The notes beneath the pieces are model-generated. The model saw only the letters and a list, made by a program, of their open reading frames with translations. It ran no database searches and was not told the origin of the DNA. The position numbers and the translations under genes are program-made. Of a stretch of 64,000 bases of DNA, positions 18,267 through 27,352 are shown in pieces (within the stretch, counting starts at the first letter, position 1; each line of letters opens with the position of its first letter). Location: sequence record OM339718.1, one strand, 5' to 3'.

Positions 18267-18319
18267 TAGTAATTGATTTATGGGATACTTTCCTTGTTGG
18301 AAAACACGAGGGAAGTATC

Positions 18320-18475
18320 ATGAAAGATTTCAAAGTGACTGTTAAAGGCTCTACCGGTTCTATTTCTTATGATGTTTACAAGACTCATAAAGGGGCTTTG
18401 AACTTCGGTAAGAAAATTGCTAAAGAAGCTTTTTATGGTGAACAGTGTGAAATTATGGTAGAGGAAATTATATGA
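18320..18475 (+). CDS. hypothetical protein
   Basis: GAGGG SD before ATG 18320. Confidence 0.6.
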   Translation: MKDFKVTVKGSTGSISYDVYKTHKGALNFGKKIAKEAFYGEQCEIMVEEII

Positions 18476-18693
18476 TGGATTTTATTAATAGCCAACTTGG
18501 TTTCGTTCTCATCACCACTATGTTCCTGTGTGGTATCGTGTTCAACGGTGTTGCAACCTATAATGACACGCGGAAAGGTGGGATGTTGGATAAAGTTCTT
18601 TGCTATGTTCTTCATTTTCTTACGTGTGGTTTGTCAATAACCGGGTATGTGGAACTTCTGAAAATTATGGATTTCAGCAAGATTCTGGGTTGA
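18472..18693 (+). CDS. membrane protein
   Basis: Two hydrophobic segments. Confidence 0.65.
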   Translation: MMDFINSQLGFVLITTMFLCGIVFNGVATYNDTRKGGMLDKVLCYVLHFLTCGLSITGYVELLKIMDFSKILG

Positions 18694-18766
18694 AAATAAA
18701 ATGAAAAATGGCTTGCTTCGGTGAGTCATTTGTTTTACTATGTGTATATCGAAACGGGAGGTTCTT

Positions 18767-19030
18767 ATGGTAAACGAAATGATGAATGCAATCACTATCA
18801 AGCTGGAAGAAGCAAAATCCAAAAAGCGTCAAGGTCTGGTTTATCGCAACGCATATGCGGTACTGGAAAACGGCCCGGATAGTTCTGACTATGTTGTTTC
18901 GGTCCACGTAGAGTCTACCGATGAATATGATGGAAAAGCGCGTGATGAAGCCCAACGCCGAGCTGATGTGATGCAAACAGAGCTGGGTTATCTTGGTTAC
19001 GGTTATACTGTTGTTCGTGTTGAAGTCTAA
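18767..19030 (+). CDS. hypothetical protein
   Basis: GGAGG SD after promoter. Confidence 0.7.
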   Translation: MVNEMMNAITIKLEEAKSKKRQGLVYRNAYAVLENGPDSSDYVVSVHVESTDEYDGKARDEAQRRADVMQTELGYLGYGYTVVRVEV

Positions 19031-19040
19031 GGAGAATATT

Positions 19041-19334
19041 ATGAACGTTTCTTACTTGCGTGAAGCTTTCGAATCCGTTAAATGTTTGTCCAAGAAATTT
19101 GATGTTTCTGACTGGGATTATGTTGATAACATGAATACCCTCTCCAACATCTACATCGCTGTTCCTATGGGTGAGGATGAGATCCGGGGTTATATTGATT
19201 CCGCCATTCGTAATATCGATGATGCAAAAACTGTTTTTGACCGTGGTGATTCTTATGAGGATGATCTGATTGGTATCCACCTTGATATGGCTCTGGTAAA
19301 TCTCCGAGCTGCAATTTATTACGCTTCCAAGTAA
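19041..19334 (+). CDS. hypothetical protein (resembles 41777)
   Basis: AAGGAG SD; C-terminal I.+D+.+.NLRAA shared with 41777. Confidence 0.7.
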   Translation: MNVSYLREAFESVKCLSKKFDVSDWDYVDNMNTLSNIYIAVPMGEDEIRGYIDSAIRNIDDAKTVFDRGDSYEDDLIGIHLDMALVNLRAAIYYASK

Positions 19335-19343
19335 GGAATCAAT

Positions 19344-19826
19344 ATGAAACTGAAATTCAAATCACCTATTATCCGCTCCAAATTCATTTCTCGTTTTGGA
19401 TTGACTGAATGGGGTAAGAAAGTTATCGATGCCATTGAGAATGGTGCTAATTGGCAGAAGGAATTGAAATATGATGGTTATTACACACGGGATTACTCGT
19501 TTGGTGCTGACTATCTGACCATTATTGAAAGTGTTCATTATTTTGAAGTTGGTGAATCTGATGGAAAAGCTTGGTTGATTGCTAATGAATATGGAGCTGT
19601 TACAACCACAGACGAGAAGGTTGCAGAACACTATTCCATCACCAACAAAACCCCGATGGTGGAAGTTCCATTTACTCGTATTGATGGTGAGCTTTATGTG
19701 TCCATCAGCGAGGTCAAGATGGATGAATCGGTAAAATCTCAAATCGATAAGCGGATCAAGAAACAGGAAGTTGCTAATAAAGCTGGTTTGTCAGTACAAG
19801 AAATGGAAAATCTTTTTCGGAATTGA
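19344..19826 (+). CDS. MKxxFK-family hypothetical protein with extra C-terminal domain
   Basis: MKLKFKSPIIRSKF. Confidence 0.65.
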   Translation: MKLKFKSPIIRSKFISRFGLTEWGKKVIDAIENGANWQKELKYDGYYTRDYSFGADYLTIIESVHYFEVGESDGKAWLIANEYGAVTTTDEKVAEHYSITNKTPMVEVPFTRIDGELYVSISEVKMDESVKSQIDKRIKKQEVANKAGLSVQEMENLFRN

Positions 19827-19890
19827 TTGACTCCATTTGGTGATCTGGTAATATACACATATACCCACTGAGGAAGAAAAGGAAATTGCC

Positions 19891-20151
19891 ATGAACTACG
19901 TCGCTTCCCTTGCCAAGAAAGTTATCAACGTTGCAGAGAACAATATCACTGATGAAGTGTATGATGCAGCTCAAACCGTTTGTGGTGTCGATTATGACTG
20001 GGCTTGCGAAATGATTTATCTCGGTGATGTGGAAGAGTGTATCGAAGTTATCCGGGCTTATATGGAGTTCCTGAATTGCTTCCCTGCTCAATACTGGATT
20101 AGCGATCTGAAAGATGAGATGGAAGAAATCAAAAATCTTTTGAAAAACTGA
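19891..20151 (+). CDS. hypothetical protein
   Basis: AAGGA SD after promoter 19827-19854. Confidence 0.7.
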   Translation: MNYVASLAKKVINVAENNITDEVYDAAQTVCGVDYDWACEMIYLGDVEECIEVIRAYMEFLNCFPAQYWISDLKDEMEEIKNLLKN

Positions 20152-20222
20152 TTGACTTAGAAATCATGTTTTGAGATACTAATCCCGTAGACAGAAACCC
20201 TCTCTTGAAAAAGGAAATCATC

Positions 20223-20441
20223 ATGACTGCACAAATCTTCTTCGCCACTCGTTCCGCTGCTCGTGTTGCTGGTTTTGGTAAAATGACTGACAATGGTACT
20301 CAGGCCACTAATCGCTGGGCTCGTACTGTCGATGTGAACTCTACTGGAAACAAAACCCTGTCTGTTGGTCGTGGTGTTCGCAAGAACGGTCACAAGGCCG
20401 TTACCATCATCACCAAGAAAGCAAAAACTCTGGTTCATTAA
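20223..20441 (+). CDS. small basic hypothetical protein
   Basis: AAGGA SD after promoter 20152-20180. Confidence 0.7.
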   Translation: MTAQIFFATRSAARVAGFGKMTDNGTQATNRWARTVDVNSTGNKTLSVGRGVRKNGHKAVTIITKKAKTLVH

Positions 20442-20450
20442 GGAGCTATT

Positions 20451-20693
20451 ATGAAAATCCATTTTAAAGATACCGACGCTCAATACGAATTCATGTGCAA
20501 GATCGATGCAAACGCGGCAATTGCAGACTATATGGGTATGGATACCCATGACGCCATTTCGTATGAAGAGTGTGGTAAGACCATCATTGCTCTGGTAGAC
20601 GTTAACGGCGACCCAATCACTGTTGGTGAATTCGACCAGTGGGAAGCACAGGTACATCAAGGTGAACAACAGTTCTTTATCATTGAGGAATAA
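20451..20693 (+). CDS. MKxxFK-family hypothetical protein
   Basis: MKIHFKDTDAQYEF...A.A.YMGMDTH.A shared with 21367. Confidence 0.75.
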   Translation: MKIHFKDTDAQYEFMCKIDANAAIADYMGMDTHDAISYEECGKTIIALVDVNGDPITVGEFDQWEAQVHQGEQQFFIIEE

Positions 20694-20697
20694 TTTA

Positions 20698-20874
20698 GTG
20701 TCAAAGACCAATCACATTCCGAGCATAAAAAGCGTCTGGGACCAAGGCCGTCATCCAGCAAACTCACGAATCATTGGCCTTGAATCATTAGCACGAAGTG
20801 GTTCAACTAGTGAGGTAAGGCGCAAGGCTATTGTAGCACTAAAGAGAGATTTCGGAATTGAATTCAAGGGGTGA
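20698..20874 (+). CDS. hypothetical protein (GTG start inferred)
   Basis: GAGG SD; fills gap. Confidence 0.45.
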   Translation: MSKTNHIPSIKSVWDQGRHPANSRIIGLESLARSGSTSEVRRKAIVALKRDFGIEFKG

Positions 20875-20907
20875 ATACTGTTCGTCAACTATTAGAGGAA
20901 TAAAGAT

Positions 20908-21147
20908 ATGCTGAACAAGAAATTCAAAATCATCGAAGAAGTAAGCCCTATCATGAAATCAGAGTTTCCGTTGATGGTAGTTGGTAACTATTTCACAGTA
21001 AAAGAAACCCTCAAATCTGGATATACCGAAGGGATTACGGTGATTGAAATGGATGATGGTACTATCTACAATATCCAAGATAGCTCAATGTCTTGGTGCT
21101 TCTACACCATTGGTATGATCCCGTGGCGTCTGGTGGAGATTAAGTAA
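20908..21147 (+). CDS. hypothetical protein (paralog of 12870)
   Basis: Sequence similarity to 12870. Confidence 0.75.
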   Translation: MLNKKFKIIEEVSPIMKSEFPLMVVGNYFTVKETLKSGYTEGITVIEMDDGTIYNIQDSSMSWCFYTIGMIPWRLVEIK

Positions 21148-21363
21148 ATGAAGATTCGTTTTAAAGATGAAAAAGCCATGGAAGAGTTTTCTAAACGGGA
21201 TCCGTCTTTCCACCGCCACAACCACAACATGGTTAAGAATTATGGTATGAAAACATTCAAAGTAGAGATTGACGATACCGGTGATTTCTGGGATACTATT
21301 GATGGAGATTTCACTATCCAAATTGAAGACGAAAGCCATTACTTCACTATTGTTGAGGAATAA
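21148..21363 (+). CDS. MKxxFK-family hypothetical protein
   Basis: MKIRFKDEKAMEEF. Confidence 0.75.
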   Translation: MKIRFKDEKAMEEFSKRDPSFHRHNHNMVKNYGMKTFKVEIDDTGDFWDTIDGDFTIQIEDESHYFTIVEE

Positions 21364-21366
21364 ATT

Positions 21367-21615
21367 ATGAAGATTCGTTTTAAAGATGAACAAGCCCATC
21401 AGGACTTCTCCAATTGTCGTGCTAACGTTGCTATTGCAAACTATATGGGAATGGATACACACGAAGCATACAATTATTGTAGCGGGGATATTGGGCTGAT
21501 AGATGATAATAATTGTGGTATCACTATTCCAGATCCATATATCTCTGGGTTTGAAGGGTGGAATGCGGTTATCCATAAGGGTGAGCGTCGTTACTTTGTT
21601 ATTGAAGGGGAATAA
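21367..21615 (+). CDS. MKxxFK-family hypothetical protein
   Basis: MKIRFKDEQAHQDF. Confidence 0.75.
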   Translation: MKIRFKDEQAHQDFSNCRANVAIANYMGMDTHEAYNYCSGDIGLIDDNNCGITIPDPYISGFEGWNAVIHKGERRYFVIEGE

Positions 21616-21618
21616 GAT

Positions 21619-21915
21619 ATGAAGATCCGTTTCAAGTCAGAACAACATCTACGCGATTTTAAAGCTGCATCGGTAGAAAATTTGGAAATCGCGGATTTTA
21701 TGAGAATGCACCCAGTTGAAGTAGTTAAGATCCATGGTCATTACTACATCGAAACCGACATTCTTGATTGTACTCTTATCCTCGAATCCGAACACGATTT
21801 CTTTGATTGGATTGAAGATGATCCCAAAACCCTTTTCGATATCATGTTAGAAAAGAAGGCTGAATACGACAAGGCTTTCAACGACTATATCCAATCGGTT
21901 AAAGAAAACAGTTGA
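21619..21915 (+). CDS. MKxxFK-family protein with KKAEY coiled-coil tail
   Basis: MKIRFKSEQHLRDF ... KKAEYDKA. Confidence 0.75.
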   Translation: MKIRFKSEQHLRDFKAASVENLEIADFMRMHPVEVVKIHGHYYIETDILDCTLILESEHDFFDWIEDDPKTLFDIMLEKKAEYDKAFNDYIQSVKENS

Positions 21916-21976
21916 CCGTTGAGACGGTTATCTGTATATTGGGACTTGTCAAAAATCTTAGGTAAGGGGAATTTAA

Positions 21977-22252
21977 ATGGATACTACATCTTTCATCGAA
22001 CCACTTCTGGGTGAGACTCAAACCATTAAGTCTATCTATTACTCATTCGTTGATAAAGGTTACGCTAATCCACAACATAACCTATTTGTCCCTATTGAGA
22101 ATCTTTCCTCTACCGGACACAAAGTAAAAATGAAAGTTGCAAATACCAGCTCAAATCTAGCCTTTACTTACGAGGACGATTCAGGTATTCTCAACGTGTA
22201 CATTGATGGGAAAGTAGATTTCTCTCCCATCCAAAATAGTAAAGGAGAATAA
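21977..22252 (+). CDS. hypothetical protein (paralog of 12511)
   Basis: YYSFVDKGYANPQHNLF. Confidence 0.7.
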   Translation: MDTTSFIEPLLGETQTIKSIYYSFVDKGYANPQHNLFVPIENLSSTGHKVKMKVANTSSNLAFTYEDDSGILNVYIDGKVDFSPIQNSKGE

Positions 22253-22255
22253 ATC

Positions 22256-22627
22256 ATGACAGATATTATGCGTATTCGTTTCCTCAGTGAAGAGGACAAA
22301 GAACATTTTGTATCCCGCAGTGTACACGCAAACACCCACATCGCAAACCATATGGGTATGGGCTGGAATCGTGTATCCTTCAATGGTCGTCGTTGGTCTC
22401 TGGTGGATGAGAACAATGAGGATGTGGTTATTGATGGTATTGATGTAGCCCCATCCATTCACCCATCTGAATACCAATTTTTCGAATGGGATATTCTCCC
22501 GGTAGAAAAGAAAAAATCTATCAAAGAACTCTGGGATATCGCACAACAGAAGAAAGCAGAGTATGATGATGCTATGACTGAATACAACAAAGCAGTGATG
22601 GAGAAGCTTGATGAAAGTGAGATTTAA
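22256..22627 (+). CDS. MKxxFK-family protein with KKAEY coiled-coil tail
   Basis: MRIRFLSEEDKEHF ... KKAEYDDA. Confidence 0.75.
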   Translation: MTDIMRIRFLSEEDKEHFVSRSVHANTHIANHMGMGWNRVSFNGRRWSLVDENNEDVVIDGIDVAPSIHPSEYQFFEWDILPVEKKKSIKELWDIAQQKKAEYDDAMTEYNKAVMEKLDESEI

Positions 22628-22868
22628 AAATATCGAATCCAAATATGCGTTTACCACTGGTGGACGAGCTAATATGTCCATCGCAGAATACATGGGTAAC
22701 GATTTCCATGAAGCTCAATCGTGCTTTGATGGAAGCATCGAACTCGTGGATAGTAAAGGGAATAATATTACTCTCAATACGTATGGTAAAGCTGTTCCGG
22801 ATAATGGATGGAATGCTTGCTTCTTTGAAGATGAAACTCAATATTTGGAGATGCATTATGAAGATTAA
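22611..22868 (+). CDS. MKxxFK-family hypothetical protein
   Basis: MKVRFKNIESKYAF. Confidence 0.75.
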   Translation: MKVRFKNIESKYAFTTGGRANMSIAEYMGNDFHEAQSCFDGSIELVDSKGNNITLNTYGKAVPDNGWNACFFEDETQYLEMHYED

Positions 22869-23208
22869 GTTTAAAGACGAACAGTCCCGTCATGAGTTCC
22901 GCCAGATTGAGCGGTTTAACAAAGTTATCGAAAACCATATTGGTAATGAACCACATGAAGTAATCTTAGATGGTGATGATTATTTCCTCTCTAAGGATGG
23001 TGAACTATTGAGGGTTGATTACTGTTATGCTTTTATTCGTAAAAGTGAAATGAAGTATTTTGATGTTATTGAAGACACTACCATGTCCATTGAGGGTGTA
23101 GAAGCTCTATGGAATGATGTACAAGAAAAGAAAGCTGAATACGAACGTAGTTTGGCGCTTTACTATCGAGAAGCATCCAAAATATACAATCGAATCATCA
23201 AACAATAG
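22858..23208 (+). CDS. MKxxFK-family protein with KKAEY coiled-coil tail
   Basis: GGAG SD; MKIKFKDEQSRHEF ... KKAEYERS. Confidence 0.75.
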   Translation: MKIKFKDEQSRHEFRQIERFNKVIENHIGNEPHEVILDGDDYFLSKDGELLRVDYCYAFIRKSEMKYFDVIEDTTMSIEGVEALWNDVQEKKAEYERSLALYYREASKIYNRIIKQ

Positions 23209-23297
23209 TGAGAGGGGTAAAATGCACTTTTTTGGTGCATTTTCTTTTATACAACCATCAAAACATTTTCTCTCTATCCCTTGTGGTATAAGGGATT

Positions 23298-23359
23298 CTG
23301 TTAATATTCTTTCACATTTCTTCATAACTTTTCATATCTGTTAACATTCTTTCATATTT
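23298..23359. repeat. 22-bp iteron-like direct repeat in AT-rich intergenic region
   Basis: CTGTTAAYATTCTTTCAYATTT at 23298-23319 and 23338-23359 (20/22). Confidence 0.85.
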
Positions 23360-23467
23360 GGATAATGTTTGGTTCTTAAATTAAAAAGTTTGATTCCAGA
23401 ACAAAAAAGTGTGGACACATCTTAGGTGGTGTAGTACCATGTTCTTACTGACTGATTGGAGATAGAT

Positions 23468-23749
23468 ATGAAAAACATTCGTGAAGTTGCGGCTGAAATG
23501 AAAACTTTGTTGAACTCTCGTGGTTATGGCATTACTTCTGTTTTTGGTATGTACCTTGATAACAATGCTATGATGGTTATCAAAGGCCGTGAGTTGGAAA
23601 AGGTAGCGCGTGACTTTGCGTTAGTTCGTGGTATTCATTCTATTGTTATCGTAGAAGAATTTTGCTATGATTCAGTTGACTTTGAAGATCCGACTAGTGA
23701 AGCTGAGTTGGTTCGTGTGTTGAAGTGCTGTATCGATTACGTGGAGTGA
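23468..23749 (+). CDS. hypothetical protein
   Basis: GGAG SD. Confidence 0.65.
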   Translation: MKNIREVAAEMKTLLNSRGYGITSVFGMYLDNNAMMVIKGRELEKVARDFALVRGIHSIVIVEEFCYDSVDFEDPTSEAELVRVLKCCIDYVE

Positions 23750-23755
23750 GATGAT

Positions 23756-24115
23756 ATGGAATATATTGTGATTGGTGTTGTTGTTTCTCTGGTATGGTGT
23801 TTCTTGATGTTTTCTTATATCACCGAAAACAAGTTTAGGAACGAACGGGATTCTATTCGTGATTGGTTGAAGTATCATGGATTTGGTGTTCATATTCATC
23901 GCAATGACTTTCTTCTTGATAGTTGCCAAATGGTTCGTCTTGGTGGTACAACTCGATGTGATAAATGTTTTTCTTGGATTGTGTACTGGAAACTTTATAA
24001 TATCCGCCGAAAGAAATTGAGTCGTGAAGATACTATTAAGAAACTGAATAAGTTGGTTAATGGTATGGTTGTTAAACGTATAGAGAGTGAGAAGAAAGAT
24101 TTTTGGAAGGATTAG
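23756..24115 (+). CDS. membrane-anchored hypothetical protein
   Basis: N-terminal TM segment. Confidence 0.65.
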   Translation: MEYIVIGVVVSLVWCFLMFSYITENKFRNERDSIRDWLKYHGFGVHIHRNDFLLDSCQMVRLGGTTRCDKCFSWIVYWKLYNIRRKKLSREDTIKKLNKLVNGMVVKRIESEKKDFWKD

Positions 24116-24424
24116 ATGAAGAAACTTATTGCTGTGTTGGCTGTTATTGGTTTGGTTGGTTGTGTCCCTAAAGTAGTTCGCGAAGAAACTTATCGAGATA
24201 CTGTTGTTGTTACTGAGTTTGTGAAGAGGCATAAGCGACAGCGGATTAAGGTACTAACATCTGATGGTATTTCGATTAATCAATATGTTGCTAAACGCTG
24301 TAGTGGGTGTTATGCTTATAAGGGTGATAAGTTCTCTGTGACTGTTACTAAGAAAACTTGGGATGATGGTGATGTTACTTATAGTATCAACCGTTATGAG
24401 ACTAAAGAATTTTTGAGGAAGTGA
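24116..24424 (+). CDS. lipoprotein, paralog family A
   Basis: Lipobox LVGC; RCSGCY..GDK. Confidence 0.8.
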   Translation: MKKLIAVLAVIGLVGCVPKVVREETYRDTVVVTEFVKRHKRQRIKVLTSDGISINQYVAKRCSGCYAYKGDKFSVTVTKKTWDDGDVTYSINRYETKEFLRK

Positions 24425-24426
24425 TT

Positions 24427-24726
24427 ATGACTGCTGCTGAATTAGTAAAGGCCGTTCGCGAGAAAGAACAAGCTCGTGTAGAACTTCGTAAGGCTATTGT
24501 GCAAGGGATTTATGATGAGACGGTTGAATCCATGCTGAATCTAGATGAATTAGAAACAGACCTCAGTATTTATGATATCGAGCGCATTTGTAATGTTGAA
24601 CTTGATGGGGTTATGTTCTATGATCTTATCCGCGATGACATCATCCCGTTGTTTGTTAAGAATGGTTTCTCTGCTGTCTGGGAAGATGGTAAAAACTATG
24701 TAGAGATTAATGCACTTGGAGAGTAA
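24427..24726 (+). CDS. hypothetical protein
   Basis: GAGG SD. Confidence 0.65.
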   Translation: MTAAELVKAVREKEQARVELRKAIVQGIYDETVESMLNLDELETDLSIYDIERICNVELDGVMFYDLIRDDIIPLFVKNGFSAVWEDGKNYVEINALGE

Positions 24727-24727
24727 T

Positions 24728-25009
24728 ATGAAAGTTATTGACTATATCAAAATGTATCCTAACGCTTATGCATGTGCTTGTGTTGAACGTTCACACACTA
24801 CTCCCAATTATGTTAACTATCTTAACCATTGTGCACTGGCTACCTTCATCAAGGCTGAGTCATGGGATAAGGTTGAGGAACTGATTAACAGCTCTGATTA
24901 CTATAAGCCTCTTGAGGGTGTTGTTCTTGCTGCTGCTGATTATATGGATGATGACAATGATGATCGCTGGAAAGCTTATGATGCATATCAATCGGGGGAA
25001 ATTGTGTGA
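24728..25009 (+). CDS. hypothetical protein
   Basis: GGAG SD. Confidence 0.65.
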   Translation: MKVIDYIKMYPNAYACACVERSHTTPNYVNYLNHCALATFIKAESWDKVEELINSSDYYKPLEGVVLAAADYMDDDNDDRWKAYDAYQSGEIV

Positions 25010-25317
25010 AAGCACTAATTGTTGGTCTAACTTTGCTGTTGGTTGGGTGTATGCCTGTTTCTGTGGTTAACACTTTTAGCGTTAGGGAATCAGTAACCGT
25101 TATCAAATGGGATCCAACTAATCGGTTTATTAGTTTTGTTTCTGATAGTGGGTTAGTGGTGACTGACGTTTATATCTGGAAAGCGTGTGAAGGGTGTTAT
25201 TCTATCATTGGTGACAAGATGGATGTTACTATCACCCAACAGGTGAAAAGCGACAATACAACCGAACTTGTTGTAGATTCAAACGAGGTCGGAAAACAGA
25301 TGAGAAAGTTTAAATGA
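25006..25317 (+). CDS. lipoprotein, paralog family A
   Basis: Lipobox LVGC; ACEGCY..GDK. Confidence 0.8.
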   Translation: MKALIVGLTLLLVGCMPVSVVNTFSVRESVTVIKWDPTNRFISFVSDSGLVVTDVYIWKACEGCYSIIGDKMDVTITQQVKSDNTTELVVDSNEVGKQMRKFK

Positions 25318-25547
25318 AGAAGAAATATAGCCAGAAAGAGATAAACGCGCTACTTAAACTTGCAAAGGGTATCAAAGCTGGTGACCAGATTGAAGCAACT
25401 GACAAGATGCTCTCTGACTTGGGTAAGATTTCTTTTCCATTGTTTCGTGAGCCTTGTACTGGTAAAATGTTTTTTGCTTGGAGAGGTTGTTCATATGTAT
25501 TCAAAGACCGTATTAATGAGATGCTGGATTCACTGAGAATGGAATAA
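25314..25547 (+). CDS. hypothetical protein
   Basis: ATGA overlap. Confidence 0.6.
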   Translation: MKKKYSQKEINALLKLAKGIKAGDQIEATDKMLSDLGKISFPLFREPCTGKMFFAWRGCSYVFKDRINEMLDSLRME

Positions 25548-25618
25548 AGTAGTTGCATCGGTCTTTGGTTATGGTATTATATCTACATCGAAACGAGATA
25601 CCTAACTGAGGAAAGATT

Positions 25619-25966
25619 ATGAAACACGTACTGATTGCTCTGATTGCTTTGTTCGTTCTGGTTGGTTGCAAGAAAGAAGTTAGCGAAGTTTCTTTCGTTG
25701 ACACCGTGACTGTTACCAAGTTCGTTAAGAAGCATTCTGATAGCCAGCGCGTGAGTGTTACCACTTCCGAAGGTATCGAGATGAACAACCACGTTGTTTC
25801 TCAGAAGGGTACAAACTGCCTTGGTTGCTATGCTAAAGCTGGTGATAAGCTGGAAGTCACTGTTAAGAAAACTACCTATGAGGATGGTTCTGTTCATTAC
25901 TCTTTCAATAAATCTGAAATGAAAACCGCTCTGAAACTGAACCGTCGTAACAACTATGCCAACTAA
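25619..25966 (+). CDS. lipoprotein, paralog family A
   Basis: Lipobox LVGC; NCLGCY..GDK; own promoter 25553-25580. Confidence 0.8.
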   Translation: MKHVLIALIALFVLVGCKKEVSEVSFVDTVTVTKFVKKHSDSQRVSVTTSEGIEMNNHVVSQKGTNCLGCYAKAGDKLEVTVKKTTYEDGSVHYSFNKSEMKTALKLNRRNNYAN

Positions 25967-25973
25967 GGGGGTA

Positions 25974-26366
25974 ATGATGAAACTAATTGAACTGATTGAG
26001 ATTGTTAGTAGTGGACAGTCTGAGGTTTTGGTTGACCAATCGGGCTTTCATAATGTCTTAACCAAGCTTGGTATTAATGATTGTGTGTTTGAGGACTTCA
26101 TTGCCGCCGAAATTTGGGTAGAGAAAAACATTGTTCTTCATAAGGTGGATGGAGTTATCTATCTGTTTTATAAGGATTTGTATCTCGCCAAGTGGAATTC
26201 CTATTGCAATCAATCCGGTTGTAATCTGTGTAACCGCGCTACACTTGAAAGTAAACAAAACCGTAACATTTCTAAGTTCATGTATGACCTGATGGAACTG
26301 TATATGGACAAAGATGTTTATAAACAAAATCCATTCAAAAACTTGGAAATGAATGACGAAATTTAG
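25974..26366 (+). CDS. hypothetical protein
   Basis: AAGGGGG SD. Confidence 0.65.
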   Translation: MMKLIELIEIVSSGQSEVLVDQSGFHNVLTKLGINDCVFEDFIAAEIWVEKNIVLHKVDGVIYLFYKDLYLAKWNSYCNQSGCNLCNRATLESKQNRNISKFMYDLMELYMDKDVYKQNPFKNLEMNDEI

Positions 26367-26395
26367 TTGACGGGGTATCTCATATGTGGGATACT
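26367..26395 (+). promoter_or_regulatory. sigma70-like early promoter, G(-12) class
   Basis: TTGACG-17bp-GATACT with TG. Confidence 0.7.
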
Positions 26396-26434
26396 CTCTT
26401 CGTCGATTGGGACATAACTATTGAGGAAGAAATC

Positions 26435-27289
26435 ATGACTATGAACAAATGGGAATCTCAAGGTGTTGGTAAGGCTCCGTTCCGTTGTGTTGGTATGTTC
26501 AAGATGCCTAACAAGGATACTGCTACCATGCAGGACTATGCGGCGCTTCCTCAAGGTTATGGTGCTGGCTCCTGTCATGTGTGTGGTACTGGTATCATTT
26601 ACAACTACATGATCCACGATGCAGACGGCCAGAAATTTGTGGTTGGTTGTGAGTGTGTGAACTACACCAACGACACTACATTGATTGATGCTGTCAAGGC
26701 CGAGCGTAAAGCTTTCAACAACGCACAGAAGGCCGCAGAAACTCGCAAACGCAACGAAGAGGAACGAGCGCGTAATGGTGGTCTAACTGATAAAGAAATG
26801 GCTCAGAAGGCCGTACAGGACGAATGGGACGCAAAGCGTAAAGTTTATCGTGAGACCAACAAAGAACTGTTCGATGCTGGGTTGGCTACTGGTTACGAAT
26901 GGATTGAAGAGATCATCGAGTCCTGTATCCATTACTGCTCCATGTCCGAGGCCCAAAAGACTGCAATTGAAAACGGTATTGCTGACTTTGAGTTCAAGAA
27001 AAATCAGTTGAATGAATTCTTTGGTGCTGTTGGTGACCGAGTGAAGAAAGTAGAACTCACCACCACCTTTGAGATGTGTGTTAAACAAGCTCAATATTAC
27101 GGTGATTATGATGTTTACCTCGCTGTGTTGATTGACTCGGAAGGTCGGACTTACAAATACATGGGTTCATCTTTGAAGTCCATCCCAACTAAGGGAAATA
27201 CCGCCGTGATGTCATTCTCTATCAAGGCTCACGAAGAATATAAAGGGGTCAACCAGACTGTAATCCAGCGTCCTAAAATGCACGATTGA
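26435..27289 (+). CDS. Zn-ribbon + coiled coil + C-terminal OB-fold-like protein
   Basis: CHVCG...GCECV; FGAVGDRVK...IKAHEEYKGVNQTVIQRPK. Confidence 0.6.
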   Translation: MTMNKWESQGVGKAPFRCVGMFKMPNKDTATMQDYAALPQGYGAGSCHVCGTGIIYNYMIHDADGQKFVVGCECVNYTNDTTLIDAVKAERKAFNNAQKAAETRKRNEEERARNGGLTDKEMAQKAVQDEWDAKRKVYRETNKELFDAGLATGYEWIEEIIESCIHYCSMSEAQKTAIENGIADFEFKKNQLNEFFGAVGDRVKKVELTTTFEMCVKQAQYYGDYDVYLAVLIDSEGRTYKYMGSSLKSIPTKGNTAVMSFSIKAHEEYKGVNQTVIQRPKMHD

Positions 27290-27352
27290 TAGTTGACAAA
27301 GAATTCGGGAGTGTGTAACAATACTCCCGAAAATTTAAAAGAGGATTTAAAA

